From Sphingomonadales bacterium (GTDB lineage Bacteria; Pseudomonadota; Alphaproteobacteria; CAZZKF01): 64,000 bases of DNA. The notes below the pieces were generated by a model. That model saw only the letters and a program-made list of their open reading frames with translations, was not told where the DNA came from and did not search any database. Location: positions 2,275-66,274 of the forward strand of contig JBHHWG010000002.1 in NCBI GenBank assembly GCA_046756385.1, read 5' to 3'. The translations under genes were made by a program, and so were the position numbers. Shown here piece by piece: positions 36,897 to 47,290 of this stretch (positions within the stretch are counted from its first letter, which is position 1; every line of letters begins with the position of its first letter).

Positions 36897-36927
36897 ACAT
36901 ACCATCCGCAGCCGTTAGGTATGGTCG

Positions 36928-39207
36928 TTACCGTCCCTTGTTCGGTGGATAAGCGGACCACGGCCGGGCGCCGGTAACATCGCCTACAGTTCTGACTCGA
37001 ACGCCTTTGCTCTTGAACCAACTTTTTTCCTCGAACCAAATCGCATGAGCGCCCTCCCGCCAAAGGTCGAACCGATCGATGATCAGGCCGGCCGATGGGC
37101 ATTCACCACGTAGCGGCACAAGGCTGATGATCAGCCTGGCGGTGCGGCAATCCTCCTCAAATGCCCGGGGGTCCTTGACGATGGCGATAACGGCTGATTG
37201 CTCGACAGCCTGGGCCCCACCATCACTACGCGGCCTTGAAACCGGCCGGTACAGGCAACCAAGATTGTCGCATGCCAGCCATGGGTCCTTGTCCATCGCA
37301 TCGCGCGCAAACCGGTTATCATCAGGCCATGCCGCCGCATGGGCCTGCCCCGCTTGACGAAGCCAGGCCTTGCCGACCCGCCGGGGCTTGCGAGCCGAGG
37401 ACAATACGAGTTGCCCCGAGGGGTTGCGTACCGCAAACAGCCTGGCGGAGCCATCAACGATGATATCCGGTGAACGCGTCCCCGTCGCCACCAGCAGCCC
37501 CAGACCTATGACTGCGATCCCCGCCAGACGCCATGGCCGGCCCCACAGACACAGCCAAAGTCCGCCCAGCGTGATCAGGCCAAGACTTTGGATCGGCAGC
37601 CCTGGCGCCAGTTGAACCGCGCCCGGCCAGGCCGAGACTGTATCGGCGACCGAAATCACGACCTTTATTCCCCACAACATCGGGGTCAGGCTCCACTCCT
37701 CCAGCCCCAGTGGCATGAGCAGGTAACTCACCACTGCCCACGGCATGACCCACATCGCCATGATTGGCACCGCGACCAGATTCGCCGCCAGGCCAAAAGT
37801 CACGACGCGACCAAAATGGAACACAGTGAACGGTGCGATCGCAAGCTCGGCAATGACCGTGGTCAACGCGGCAAACGCAAAATAAGAACCCACATAACCA
37901 ATCCCGGATCGGGACCTCAGCCACCGGCCCAGCGGCTGCTCACGAAGGAATTCATAAGCGGCGACCAGACCGATGACAGCCGCGAACGATAACTGAAAAC
38001 CGACGCTTAGAAGGCTTTCCGGTCTGAAAAGTAGAATAACCACGGCGGCCAGCGCGACGGGGCGCATGGCGATGGCCGTTCGGTCGGTGATTACCGCCAA
38101 AAGGACGATGCCCGTCATGACGAGCGCCCTTTGTGTGGGAACGGTGGCGCCGCTGATCGCCAAGTAAAGGACGGCGGCGGCAAATGCGGCGCAGGCCGAC
38201 CACTTCTTGATCGGGTAATTGAGCGCCGCTTTCTCCCACAGCGCCAGCCCGGCGCGCACCAGGAAAAATACAAATCCCGCTACAAGACCGATGTGCAACC
38301 CGGAAATCGCCAGTAAATGCGCAAGCCCTGAATCACGCAGGTCAGTAACCACATTATCCGGTATCGCGTTGCGATGACCGGTCATCAATGCCGCCGCGAC
38401 CGCACCCGCCGGTCCCGGATCGTGGCCGCGGATCCGGGTTGCCAGGCGTTCTCTGAACCAGGCTAAATCCTCGCGGCCCCAAAGGCTGCTCCCGGATGCC
38501 TTTTGGTCCAGGATCGTTGGACTGCCCAGCGCATAGCCAAGACCGCCCAGTTGCTGGAACCAGGCCTGGCGGGCGAAATCGAACGTGCCCGGCGCCACCG
38601 GCGGCGACGGCGGCATCACGACGGCCATAACCCGGACCCGGTCCCCGGGATGGACTTTGTCCGCGCCGGTTTTAACCGTTACTCTGATCCGACGCGGTGT
38701 TTTGTCAGCCGCAAGGCGCGGAATACCCGGCCGATCCAACACCAGGCGCGCCGCCCCGGTGTCATTGCGCAGCACATCCTGGACCACGCCGGTTATCGGC
38801 ACCGGTCCGATGCGCTTGGCAAGCGCCGGGGCCGCCACCGTCTGAGTTCGCCATTGGGCCGCGCCGAAGCCCAGCAGAACGATGGCGACGCTGGTTGCCG
38901 CCACGAATGGCCAGCCATAATGTCGCCGCAGGCTAAATGCGATAAAAGCGAACGCCGCCCATGCATATTTAAAAAATGCCGGTGGCTCACTTGCAAGCAT
39001 GAAATACGATGCGATCCCCAGGCCCAGAAGCACCGGCAGCCAATTGGGCCAGCGCCCTCGCTCGGCCCAGAAATTATTGACAGCAGCAGCCGCGACGGTC
39101 GTCATGGCAGCGCGGGCGTATGGTAAAATGCCCACTGCCGCCAGGTCCGGCCTGGTCTGGGTGTCGCCTCCGTCCCGTGATCCGTGGATTCGACCGTTAT
39201 CGGTCAT
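36928..39207 (-). CDS. comEC: ComEC/Rec2 DNA uptake channel protein
   Basis: PG.FDF.R..WF; SGLAHLLAISGLH; VPTQRA..M; GFQLSFAAV; exact start uncertain. Confidence 0.92.
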   Translation of the reverse strand: MTDNGRIHGSRDGGDTQTRPDLAAVGILPYARAAMTTVAAAAVNNFWAERGRWPNWLPVLLGLGIASYFMLASEPPAFFKYAWAAFAFIAFSLRRHYGWPFVAATSVAIVLLGFGAAQWRTQTVAAPALAKRIGPVPITGVVQDVLRNDTGAARLVLDRPGIPRLAADKTPRRIRVTVKTGADKVHPGDRVRVMAVVMPPSPPVAPGTFDFARQAWFQQLGGLGYALGSPTILDQKASGSSLWGREDLAWFRERLATRIRGHDPGPAGAVAAALMTGHRNAIPDNVVTDLRDSGLAHLLAISGLHIGLVAGFVFFLVRAGLALWEKAALNYPIKKWSACAAFAAAVLYLAISGATVPTQRALVMTGIVLLAVITDRTAIAMRPVALAAVVILLFRPESLLSVGFQLSFAAVIGLVAAYEFLREQPLGRWLRSRSGIGYVGSYFAFAALTTVIAELAIAPFTVFHFGRVVTFGLAANLVAVPIMAMWVMPWAVVSYLLMPLGLEEWSLTPMLWGIKVVISVADTVSAWPGAVQLAPGLPIQSLGLITLGGLWLCLWGRPWRLAGIAVIGLGLLVATGTRSPDIIVDGSARLFAVRNPSGQLVLSSARKPRRVGKAWLRQAGQAHAAAWPDDNRFARDAMDKDPWLACDNLGCLYRPVSRPRSDGGAQAVEQSAVIAIVKDPRAFEEDCRTARLIISLVPLRGECPSAGLIIDRFDLWREGAHAIWFEEKSWFKSKGVRVRTVGDVTGARPWSAYPPNKGR

Positions 39208-39331
39208 AAATGGTCGAGCCCTCGTTCCCCACCTTAAATCCGGGCGACCGATGTGTTACAACACGCCCGGCGGCGCACCCGCCGACAACCGATAGTACAA
39301 ACAAACTGTGTAAACTGAAACCCATCAAGCC

Positions 39332-40744
39332 ATGTCACATCATTCCAGAGTCGTAACGCGTTTTGCCCCCTCCCCGACCGGATTCCTGCATATCGGCGGG
39401 GCGCGGACCGCTCTTTTCAACTGGCTGTTCGCCCGCCATCACGGCGGCCAGTTTCTGCTTCGCATCGAAGACACCGATCGCAAACGGTCGACGGCGGAAG
39501 CCATTGAGGCGATCGGCAAAGGGCTGGAATGGCTGGGAACCGATTGGGACGGCGAGATCGTCTTTCAGTCGCGGCGGGCCGGCCGCCACGTCGAAATCGC
39601 CCAGTCGCTTCTAAGTCAGGGCAAGGCCTACCGGTGCTATTGCAGCCCCGAAGAGCTGGCGGAGATGCGCGATAAAGCCCGCGCCGAGGGCCGACCGATG
39701 CGGTATGACGGCCGCTGGCGGGACCGTGACCCAGCCGACGCCCCCAGGGACGCCGCACCCGTAGTCCGTTTCAAAGCCCCGTCACAGGGGGAGACGCTGA
39801 TCCCGGATCTAGTCCAGGGCGACGTAAAGTTCTCGCACGATCAGCTCGACGACATGATCCTGTTGCGCAGCGATGGAACCCCAACCTATATGCTGTCGGT
39901 CGTTGTCGACGATCATGACATGGGAATCACCCACATCATCCGAGGTGACGACCATCTGAACAACGCGGCGCGCCAGACGCAGCTTTACCTTGCGCTTGGC
40001 TGGGACGCACCCGAATTCGCCCATATCCCGCTGATACATGGCCCCGACGGGGCCAAGCTTTCCAAGCGCCATGGGGCATTGGGGGTCGATGCCTATGAGG
40101 AGATGGGCTATCTGCCGGAGGCGATGCGAAACTACCTGTTGCGGCTCGGTTGGGCCCATGGCGACGAGGAAATCATTTCGACGCAACAGGCGATCGAGTG
40201 GTTTTCGCTCGATGCCATCGGACGCTCCGCCGCGCGATTCGACTTCGCCAAGCTTGAAAGTCTCAACGGCCATTATATTCGTCACGCCAAAGAGGAGCGG
40301 CTCCGCGACGTGATCGCCCCGAGAATGCAGGAATTTGTCGGCCGGGAAATTACGCAAATCGAGCGCGAGCGCCTGCTGCGCGCCATGCCCGGCCTTAAAC
40401 AACGAGCCAAGACCGTGATCGAACTGGCGGAAAATGCACGGTTTTGTGTCGCCACCAGGCCACTTGACCTAGACGACAGGGCCAAAAAACTGCTAAATAA
40501 AGACAGCAAGTTGATCTTGGCCCAGGCAAGCGAAGCGCTGCGGGCAATTCCTGAGTGGACGGCGGAAGCTTTGGAGTCATCGCTGCGCGATTTCAGCGAT
40601 GCCAAGGCAATCAAGTTTGGCAAAATCGCCCAGCCCCTGCGAGCCGCACTCACAGGCCGCGCGACGTCCCCGGGGATCTTCGATGTGCTCACCGTGTTGG
40701 GACGATCGGAGAGCTTGGCCAGGATCGACGATCAGGCGGGTTAA
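39332..40744 (+). CDS. gltX: Glutamate--tRNA ligase
   Basis: [14 protein letters not shown] (HIGH motif); LRIEDTD; KLSKR. Confidence 0.97.
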   Translation: MSHHSRVVTRFAPSPTGFLHIGGARTALFNWLFARHHGGQFLLRIEDTDRKRSTAEAIEAIGKGLEWLGTDWDGEIVFQSRRAGRHVEIAQSLLSQGKAYRCYCSPEELAEMRDKARAEGRPMRYDGRWRDRDPADAPRDAAPVVRFKAPSQGETLIPDLVQGDVKFSHDQLDDMILLRSDGTPTYMLSVVVDDHDMGITHIIRGDDHLNNAARQTQLYLALGWDAPEFAHIPLIHGPDGAKLSKRHGALGVDAYEEMGYLPEAMRNYLLRLGWAHGDEEIISTQQAIEWFSLDAIGRSAARFDFAKLESLNGHYIRHAKEERLRDVIAPRMQEFVGREITQIERERLLRAMPGLKQRAKTVIELAENARFCVATRPLDLDDRAKKLLNKDSKLILAQASEALRAIPEWTAEALESSLRDFSDAKAIKFGKIAQPLRAALTGRATSPGIFDVLTVLGRSESLARIDDQAG

Positions 40745-40861
40745 GGTGCAAAGGGCCGGTCAGTTCACGGACTGATTTCGATCAGGTCCGCGACCCTTGA
40801 GTGACGGGCAACAGCGTCACCCCGCGATTTGTGACGAGAAACAAGAAAGGGAAAAGACTCC

Positions 40862-42178
40862 ATGGCAGATGACGTGAAGAAACCAACGACCGCCGGCAAC
40901 GTATTGTTAAGCCATGGTGACAGTTCACTCGATCTCGAGGTGTTTGAGGGATCGGTTGGGCCAAAGGTTATCGACGTTCGCAGACTTTACGCCGAGACCG
41001 GAATGTTCACCTACGATCCGGGTTTCACGTCCACGGCCAGCTGTGAGTCAAAAATTACTTATATCGATGGTGAGGAAGGCACCCTCCTCTATCGCGGCTA
41101 TGCAATTGACGATCTCGCGGTGCACAGCGACTTCATGGAAGTGGCGTGCCTGTTGCTCTATGGTGAGTTGCCCACCGCCGGACAGAAAAGCGAATTTGTT
41201 CGTTCGATCACCTATCACACGATGGTCCATGAACAACTCAACCACTTTTTCAACGGCTTCCGCCGCGACGCCCATCCCATGGCGATCATGGTCGGCGTGG
41301 TGGGCGCCCTGTCGGCTTTCTACCACGACAGCACCGATATCAACGACCCGCGGCAGCGCCAGATCGCGTCACACCGGCTAGTCGCCAAAATGCCGACGAT
41401 CGCGGCCATGGCCTACAAATATTCGGTCGGGCAGCCCTTCGTCTATCCGCGCAACGATTTGAACTACACCGAAAACTTCCTCCATATGACCTTCGGCGTT
41501 CCGTGCGAGGATTATAAGATCAGCCCCACAATCGCCCGCGCGATGGACCGGATTTTCATCCTCCATGCCGATCACGAGCAAAACGCCTCGACCTCCACGG
41601 TGCGTTTGGCGGGCTCCTCCGGCGCCAATCCGTTCGCCTGTATCGCCGCCGGCATTGCCTGCCTGTGGGGTCCGGCACACGGGGGCGCAAACGAGGCGGT
41701 CCTCTCGATGCTGCGGCAAATCGGATCGAAGGATCGGATCGGCGAGTTCATCAACAAGGCCAAGGACAAGAACGATCCGTTCCGTCTCATGGGATTTGGC
41801 CATCGGGTCTACAAGAACTACGATCCCCGGGCCACCGTATTGCGGCAAACCTGTCATGAAGTGCTCGATGAGCTGGGAATGCGTGACGACCCGTTGCTTG
41901 AACTGGCGATGGAGCTTGAGCGGATCGCCCTCGAGGACGAATATTTCGTCGCCAAGAAGCTCTATCCGAATGTCGACTTTTATTCCGGCATCATTTTGCA
42001 GGCCATCGGCTTCCCAACCACCATGTTCACGGTGCTCTTCGCCCTCGCCCGGACCGTCGGCTGGATCGCCCAGTGGAGCGAAATGATCGAGGATCCCACC
42101 CAGAGAATCGGTCGCCCGCGCCAACTATATACAGGCATCGGTCGGCGCGATTATGTACCGCTCGATCAGCGCAGGTAA
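40862..42178 (+). CDS. gltA: Citrate synthase (type II)
   Basis: YDPGF.STASC; [10 protein letters not shown]; WGPAHGGAN; GFGHRVYK; YPNVDFYSG; RPRQLY. Confidence 0.98.
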   Translation: MADDVKKPTTAGNVLLSHGDSSLDLEVFEGSVGPKVIDVRRLYAETGMFTYDPGFTSTASCESKITYIDGEEGTLLYRGYAIDDLAVHSDFMEVACLLLYGELPTAGQKSEFVRSITYHTMVHEQLNHFFNGFRRDAHPMAIMVGVVGALSAFYHDSTDINDPRQRQIASHRLVAKMPTIAAMAYKYSVGQPFVYPRNDLNYTENFLHMTFGVPCEDYKISPTIARAMDRIFILHADHEQNASTSTVRLAGSSGANPFACIAAGIACLWGPAHGGANEAVLSMLRQIGSKDRIGEFINKAKDKNDPFRLMGFGHRVYKNYDPRATVLRQTCHEVLDELGMRDDPLLELAMELERIALEDEYFVAKKLYPNVDFYSGIILQAIGFPTTMFTVLFALARTVGWIAQWSEMIEDPTQRIGRPRQLYTGIGRRDYVPLDQRR

Positions 42179-42201
42179 CGCCGGCGCACGGAACAAAGAA
42201 T

Positions 42202-42234
42202 GCCCCGCTTCCGATTTCCGGAGCGGGGCTTTTT
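42202..42234 (+). terminator. Intrinsic terminator after gltA
   Basis: gccccgcttccg...cggagcggggc stem followed by TTTTT. Confidence 0.75.
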
Positions 42235-42255
42235 CCTGGAACGATAAATGTTGGA

Positions 42256-42579
42256 CTAAGGCTGGATCAGCTCGATCTTGTAACCGTCCGGATCCTCGAC
42301 AAAGGCGATCACGGTGGAGCCGTGTTTCATCGGGCCCGGCGGTCGCGGCACCGGCACGCCGTCCTGCTCAAGCCTCCTGCAAAGCCCATAAATGTCGTCA
42401 GTGGCAATGGCAACAAGCGTGAAACGCCCGCCCGGGAAATCCCTGCGGCGCAAAAGCGACATGCCCAAATGACGGCGATAAAAATCAATTGATTTGTCGA
42501 GATCCGCGACCCGGATCATGGTATGCAGCAGCCGGAACGCTCCCGCATTGGCAGGTTGGGCCGGGATATCCGACGTCAT
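42256..42579 (-). pseudogene. gloA: Lactoylglutathione lyase (glyoxalase I) with an in-frame internal deletion; possibly non-functional
   Basis: N-terminus LLHTMIRV.DLDKSIDFY...GM.LLRR.DFP.GRFTL is joined directly to VAIATDDIY...PGPMKHG.TVIAFVEDPDGYKIELI; the central F.GYG...ELT.NW...G..FGH segment is missing. Confidence 0.7.
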
Positions 42580-42612
42580 TTCGCCTTCCCCTTCGCACCT
42601 TGGGCGGTGCGG

Positions 42613-43101
42613 CTATCCATCCACGATCATTGCCGTAAATGTTGCCTCGCAAACCAGTTTATCATCGACTTTGGCCTCGGCCGAAAATTTCCAGACCGAT
42701 CGCCGGCTCCGTTCCTTGTTCACGAACAGACGCAGTGTGTCGCCCGGCGTCACCGGTTTGCGGAACCGGGCATTGTCGATCGACATGAAATAGACGAGCT
42801 TACCCTCGGCCTGTTCCCCGATGGTATGAGCCGCCAAAACCGCTGCGGTTTGCGCCATAGCCTCGACAATGAGCACCCCGGGCATAACCGGGTGGCCAGG
42901 AAAATGGCCCTCAAAAAACGGCTCGTTGATTGTAACGTTCTTAATTCCGGTCGCCGACTGATCGGCGATCATGTCGACGACCTTATCGACCAGTAACATC
43001 GGATAGCGATGGGGGATCAGTTCCATTATTCGGGCCAGATCCGCCGTTACCGCTGATATGCCCTCGCCCTGCTCATTGGTGGCCCGGTCGTTCATGGGCA
43101 T
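42613..43101 (-). CDS. fabZ: 3-hydroxyacyl-ACP dehydratase FabZ
   Basis: [11 protein letters not shown]; [28 protein letters not shown]; FRKPV.PGD. Confidence 0.97.
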   Translation of the reverse strand: MPMNDRATNEQGEGISAVTADLARIMELIPHRYPMLLVDKVVDMIADQSATGIKNVTINEPFFEGHFPGHPVMPGVLIVEAMAQTAAVLAAHTIGEQAEGKLVYFMSIDNARFRKPVTPGDTLRLFVNKERSRRSVWKFSAEAKVDDKLVCEATFTAMIVDG

Positions 43102-43220
43102 ATATTTCCTCATCTGGCCTTCATCTGGAGCCGCCGCTTCGGCCAGCGGCGAACGCGAACAGGCGGGTGCCGCGCGGTTCGATGCCGCTACGTCACCCGC
43201 CCCAATTTAAGACCTGAGTC

Positions 43221-43808
43221 TTATTGCTCAGTCGGCAGCTCAACCTTCAGGCTCGGCAACTTTCGGTTCAGTTCCTCAATGACTTCGGTGGTGATGTCGA
43301 GGCCACCGGCCTGCAACACGATCTGGTTCTTGTCGACCACCAGCGTGACCGATTTCTTTTTCATGATGTCCTGAAGTACGGGCACCAACGCGCGCTGCAA
43401 GTCATTGGAAGAGGCCCGAAGCGCCAGCTCAAGTTGTCGGCGCTTTTCCTGCGCCAGCCGCTGTGCGGCCGCGAGCTTTTCCTCAAAGGCACGAGTACGG
43501 GCCTGAATCGCCTCGGGGGCCAAAATGTCCTTTTGCCGCTCCAGATCATCCCGCTCAGCGCGAATTTTTTCTTCTTCTTTCTGCATCTCGACCTGGAATT
43601 TGGCTCTCATGGCGTCGAGCTGCACCTGGATATCCTTGCCGGCCAGCGAAGTCCGGTGGATATGCTGGGTGTCAATCACCGCAATCACCGCCGATGAAAG
43701 ACTCTCGGCCTGCGCCGGCTCGCCGCGCCACGCGACAAGCGCGGTAATCGCGAGCGTCGCTACAACCAGTTTTCTAATCGATATTTTGGTCATCATCCTG
43801 CTCATCAA
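43221..43808 (-). CDS. skp: OmpH/Skp periplasmic chaperone
   Basis: Signal peptide; IAVID; coiled coil; DIT.EVI..LN; directly after bamA. Confidence 0.85.
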   Translation of the reverse strand: MMSRMMTKISIRKLVVATLAITALVAWRGEPAQAESLSSAVIAVIDTQHIHRTSLAGKDIQVQLDAMRAKFQVEMQKEEEKIRAERDDLERQKDILAPEAIQARTRAFEEKLAAAQRLAQEKRRQLELALRASSNDLQRALVPVLQDIMKKKSVTLVVDKNQIVLQAGGLDITTEVIEELNRKLPSLKVELPTEQ

Positions 43809-46123
43809 AATTGTGCCCCAATGTTGAATTGGAAAAATTCAGTTTCATCGAACGGTTCTTTCACAATTGCCTTGGCAAAGTCAAATCGTATCGGGCCAAA
43901 CGGCGAGTCCCACGCCAGGCTGATACCGGCCGACACGCGTGGGTCACCGGTCGCCAGAACACTGGTGCCGGACTCCTCAACCTTACCCAACGCGCCGAAA
44001 TCAACGAACGCGCTGGTTCTAATTCCGAATTCCTCCGCCGGGCCCAGCGGAATCAGAACCGCCATTGTGCCGGTATACATGATATTGCCACCGAGCGCGT
44101 CCAGCGTGACGGCGTCGCGCGGTCCAATGCCGGCAATGTCGAAGCCGCGCATGGTCGGGTTACCCAGGAAGAACCGGTCGTTGATCCTAACATCCTGCCC
44201 AAGGCCAATAATCCATCCCTGTTGAAGGCGCAGGTTGAAAATGAACTTCTCAAGAGGCGCCAGCGGTAACGGATGATAGTACTCGTAATTCAGGCGGCTG
44301 CGAATGTAGCGAATGTTACCGCCCAGACCGGCAAGGTCCTGGGACCACACAAACAGTGAGCCCAAGGTCGGCTTGAGCCTGTCGTTACGCGAATCGTAAG
44401 CGAGGCTGTAGCTAAGCGACGATGTTGTAAATGTGCCCTCGGACGCCTGGACGAAAGGCGACGCGAAAATACTGACATTCGTCAACTCGTCGACGCGGAG
44501 CGTATACCGGGTCGACATGGCGACCAACTCCGTCACCGGGAAAATCGTTCGCAGCGACGCACCATATGACTTCTGGTCGAACGACGCCTGCCTCTGGAAG
44601 TCCGTCCTGTTCGCGAAAAGATCGAACCCCGCCGCCAGATTGCGGCCCATGAATCGCGGCTCGGTAAATCCGAGGTCGACCGTTTGACGGCGGCTTGAAA
44701 CGCTTAACGCCAGCCGCAAATCCTGACCACGCCCCAGAAGGTTGCGTTCTCGAACACTGAGTTCACCGACAATATTGTCGACGCTTGAGAAGCCCGCGCC
44801 GATACTCAGTTCGCCCGTGGCGCGCTCCTCAACCGTGACGTCGATCACCGTGCGGTCGGGTTTGGTCCCGACCCGTTCCTCCACCTCGACTTCCTCGAAG
44901 AAGCCCAGACCACGGATGCGCACCTGCGAGCGTCGCAGCTTGGCGGTGTTGAACGCGTCCCCTTCGACCAGCCGAAATTCGCGCCTGATGACCCGGTCCA
45001 GCGTCCGGCTGTTGCCGCGGATGTTTATCCGCTCAACATACACCCGTGGAGCCTCAAGGATCCGGTAGGTGATGTTCATCTCGCGGGCCTCGCGATCACG
45101 GGTAATCCGCGGCCTGACATTGAGGAAGGCATAGCCCTGAAGACCCGCTACCGCGGTCAGCGCATCAATGGTTTGATCGATGTGTTCCGCGTTGTACCGC
45201 TTGCCTTCGCGATTTCGGATCAACGGCCGTAGGGTTTCGGGATCGAGGTCGCGGATCTGGCTTTCTACATCCACCTTCCCGATATCATAGATTTCTCCCT
45301 CCTCCAACGTGACGGTGATGAAGAAGTCCCGACGATCGGGTGTAAGCTCGGCGATTGCCGAGATCACACGGAAATCCGCATAGCCGCGCGTCAGATAGTG
45401 CTGGCGCAGCAACTCCCGGTCGAACGCCAGGCGATCGGGATCGTAGGTATCGTTGGAGGTCAGAAAGCGCCACCAGCGCTTCTCTTTTGTTGCGATGACA
45501 TCGGACAAATCGCCACCCGAGAAGTCCTTGTTGCCGATGAAGTTAATCCGACGCACGCCCGACTTCGGCCCCTCGTTGATCTCATAGACCAGATCAACCC
45601 GGTTCTGCGGCAAACGGATGACCTTGGGCTCGACCGTGGCGGCGAACCGCCCGGACCGACGGTACAATTCGATCATCCGCTGAACGTCGTTGCGCACCTT
45701 GGCCCGCGTATAAACCACACGCGGCCCTAACTGGGCTTCCTCCAGCAGGTCATCTTCCTTGAGTTGCTTGTTCCCTTCCAGCGCCACGCGGTTGATGATC
45801 GGGTTTTCAACGACCGTAACCGTGACAATCCCGTCATCGCGCCGAATTGTCACGTCCGCGAACAACCCCGTTGCGAACAATGCCTTCAGGGAGTGATCGA
45901 CGTAATCCGGCGCATAATCGTCGCCCGGCGCCACCAGCATATAGGAGCGAATGGTGTCCGCCTCGATCCTCTGATTGCCCTCGACCCTGATCTCGGTGAT
46001 TGCCGGACCGGCGGCCTGGGCCGCCACGGGCCGCGCCGTCATGCCTCCCAGCGTCAGGACGGAAATGCCAACAAAAACGACTGAGGCAGCCGCCAGAACC
46101 AGGTTTCGAATTAACCGCAACAC
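43805..46123 (-). CDS. bamA: Outer membrane protein assembly factor BamA
   Basis: POTRA repeats (I.VEGNQRIE, GN.RT.DRVIRRE); MRGF lid loop; W.SPFGPIRFD; C-terminal F. Confidence 0.97.
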   Translation of the reverse strand: MLRLIRNLVLAAASVVFVGISVLTLGGMTARPVAAQAAGPAITEIRVEGNQRIEADTIRSYMLVAPGDDYAPDYVDHSLKALFATGLFADVTIRRDDGIVTVTVVENPIINRVALEGNKQLKEDDLLEEAQLGPRVVYTRAKVRNDVQRMIELYRRSGRFAATVEPKVIRLPQNRVDLVYEINEGPKSGVRRINFIGNKDFSGGDLSDVIATKEKRWWRFLTSNDTYDPDRLAFDRELLRQHYLTRGYADFRVISAIAELTPDRRDFFITVTLEEGEIYDIGKVDVESQIRDLDPETLRPLIRNREGKRYNAEHIDQTIDALTAVAGLQGYAFLNVRPRITRDREAREMNITYRILEAPRVYVERINIRGNSRTLDRVIRREFRLVEGDAFNTAKLRRSQVRIRGLGFFEEVEVEERVGTKPDRTVIDVTVEERATGELSIGAGFSSVDNIVGELSVRERNLLGRGQDLRLALSVSSRRQTVDLGFTEPRFMGRNLAAGFDLFANRTDFQRQASFDQKSYGASLRTIFPVTELVAMSTRYTLRVDELTNVSIFASPFVQASEGTFTTSSLSYSLAYDSRNDRLKPTLGSLFVWSQDLAGLGGNIRYIRSRLNYEYYHPLPLAPLEKFIFNLRLQQGWIIGLGQDVRINDRFFLGNPTMRGFDIAGIGPRDAVTLDALGGNIMYTGTMAVLIPLGPAEEFGIRTSAFVDFGALGKVEESGTSVLATGDPRVSAGISLAWDSPFGPIRFDFAKAIVKEPFDETEFFQFNIGAQF

Positions 46124-46141
46124 TGCAAACTTACCCGTATT

Positions 46142-47275
46142 TTAGGAAAACAAGTCCGAGAAATAGTTAAAGACCTTGAGTTTCAGCAGGTCCTGCCATG
46201 TGACGAAGACCGTCAGTGTCAGAACAGCCGCCAACCCGATCCGCACGCCATATTCCTGCGCCCGTTCGCCCAGCGGTTTACCGCGAATCCCCTCGAAAGC
46301 ATAGAAAAGCAGATGCCCCCCATCCAACATTGGTATCGGGAACAGATTGAGAAGTCCCAGATTGATCGACAAAAGCGCGACAAAAACGATCAGATTGCCA
46401 GGGCCTGCCTCGGCCGCCTGACCTGACATCTTGGCGATCATCAGCGGTCCGCCCAACTCCTCCGCCGATCGCGTTCCGACTATAATCTGCCCCAGATACC
46501 GCAAAATCAGTTTTATATATCGACCGGTTTCGGCCGTCCCGTACCACACGGCTTCCAGCGGGCCGCGCTCGCGGATTTCGTACCCTTCCGCCTCGATACC
46601 GAGCCTGCCACCTTCATGAGGTTTGCCGAAATTATCGGTATATCTGACGATATCGGGCACGGCCGTCAATTTTACTTCCGCACCGTCGCGCAAAACGAAA
46701 ATATCAAGGGTCCGGCCAGGACTATCATCGACAATGTCCTTGACGTCCTCAAATCGTTTGATTTCCTCATCACCTATCCGGACGATGAGATCCCCCGCGA
46801 CGAAGCCCGCGCTCTCCGCCGCGCTGTCCGGTGCTATATTCTTGACCTGCGCGGCCAGAAACGGTTGCCCGACAATCGCGAACATGCCGGCAAAAACGAT
46901 GATCGCGAAGAGCAGATTCGAAATTGGCCCCGCGGCGACCACCGCGGCCCGACGCGCCAAACTTTTGTGATGGAAAGAAACTTCCTTTTCTTCGTCGGTC
47001 AGCTCGTCAACGGCGTCGCCGGGCATGCTGGCCGCATTCTCGTCGCCGAAAAACTTCACATAGCCACCGAGCGGAATCCAGCTAATCTTCCAGCGGGTTC
47101 CCGATCCATCTGTCCAGCCGAAAATTTCCGGCCCAAAACCGATCGAAAAAACGTCAATCCTGATATTGTTGCGGCGCGCGACCCAGAAGTGCCCCAACTC
47201 GTGCACGAACACGAGTATGGTGAACACCAGAATAAACATCAGAATTGAAAACAGAGCACTCATCGTCAGTTCCAT
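46142..47275 (-). CDS. rseP: RIP metalloprotease RseP
   Basis: HELGH; FSIGFG; PLGGYVK; PDZ domain; NLFPIP.LDGGH. Confidence 0.96.
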   Translation of the reverse strand: MELTMSALFSILMFILVFTILVFVHELGHFWVARRNNIRIDVFSIGFGPEIFGWTDGSGTRWKISWIPLGGYVKFFGDENAASMPGDAVDELTDEEKEVSFHHKSLARRAAVVAAGPISNLLFAIIVFAGMFAIVGQPFLAAQVKNIAPDSAAESAGFVAGDLIVRIGDEEIKRFEDVKDIVDDSPGRTLDIFVLRDGAEVKLTAVPDIVRYTDNFGKPHEGGRLGIEAEGYEIRERGPLEAVWYGTAETGRYIKLILRYLGQIIVGTRSAEELGGPLMIAKMSGQAAEAGPGNLIVFVALLSINLGLLNLFPIPMLDGGHLLFYAFEGIRGKPLGERAQEYGVRIGLAAVLTLTVFVTWQDLLKLKVFNYFSDLFS

Positions 47276-47290
47276 CGGGCCAAGGGGTTT

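Noticed and set aside
36928-39207. ComEC lacking a clear C-terminal metallo-beta-lactamase domain
   Set aside because: Usual architecture and usual lexA-comEC-gltX synteny in Alphaproteobacteria
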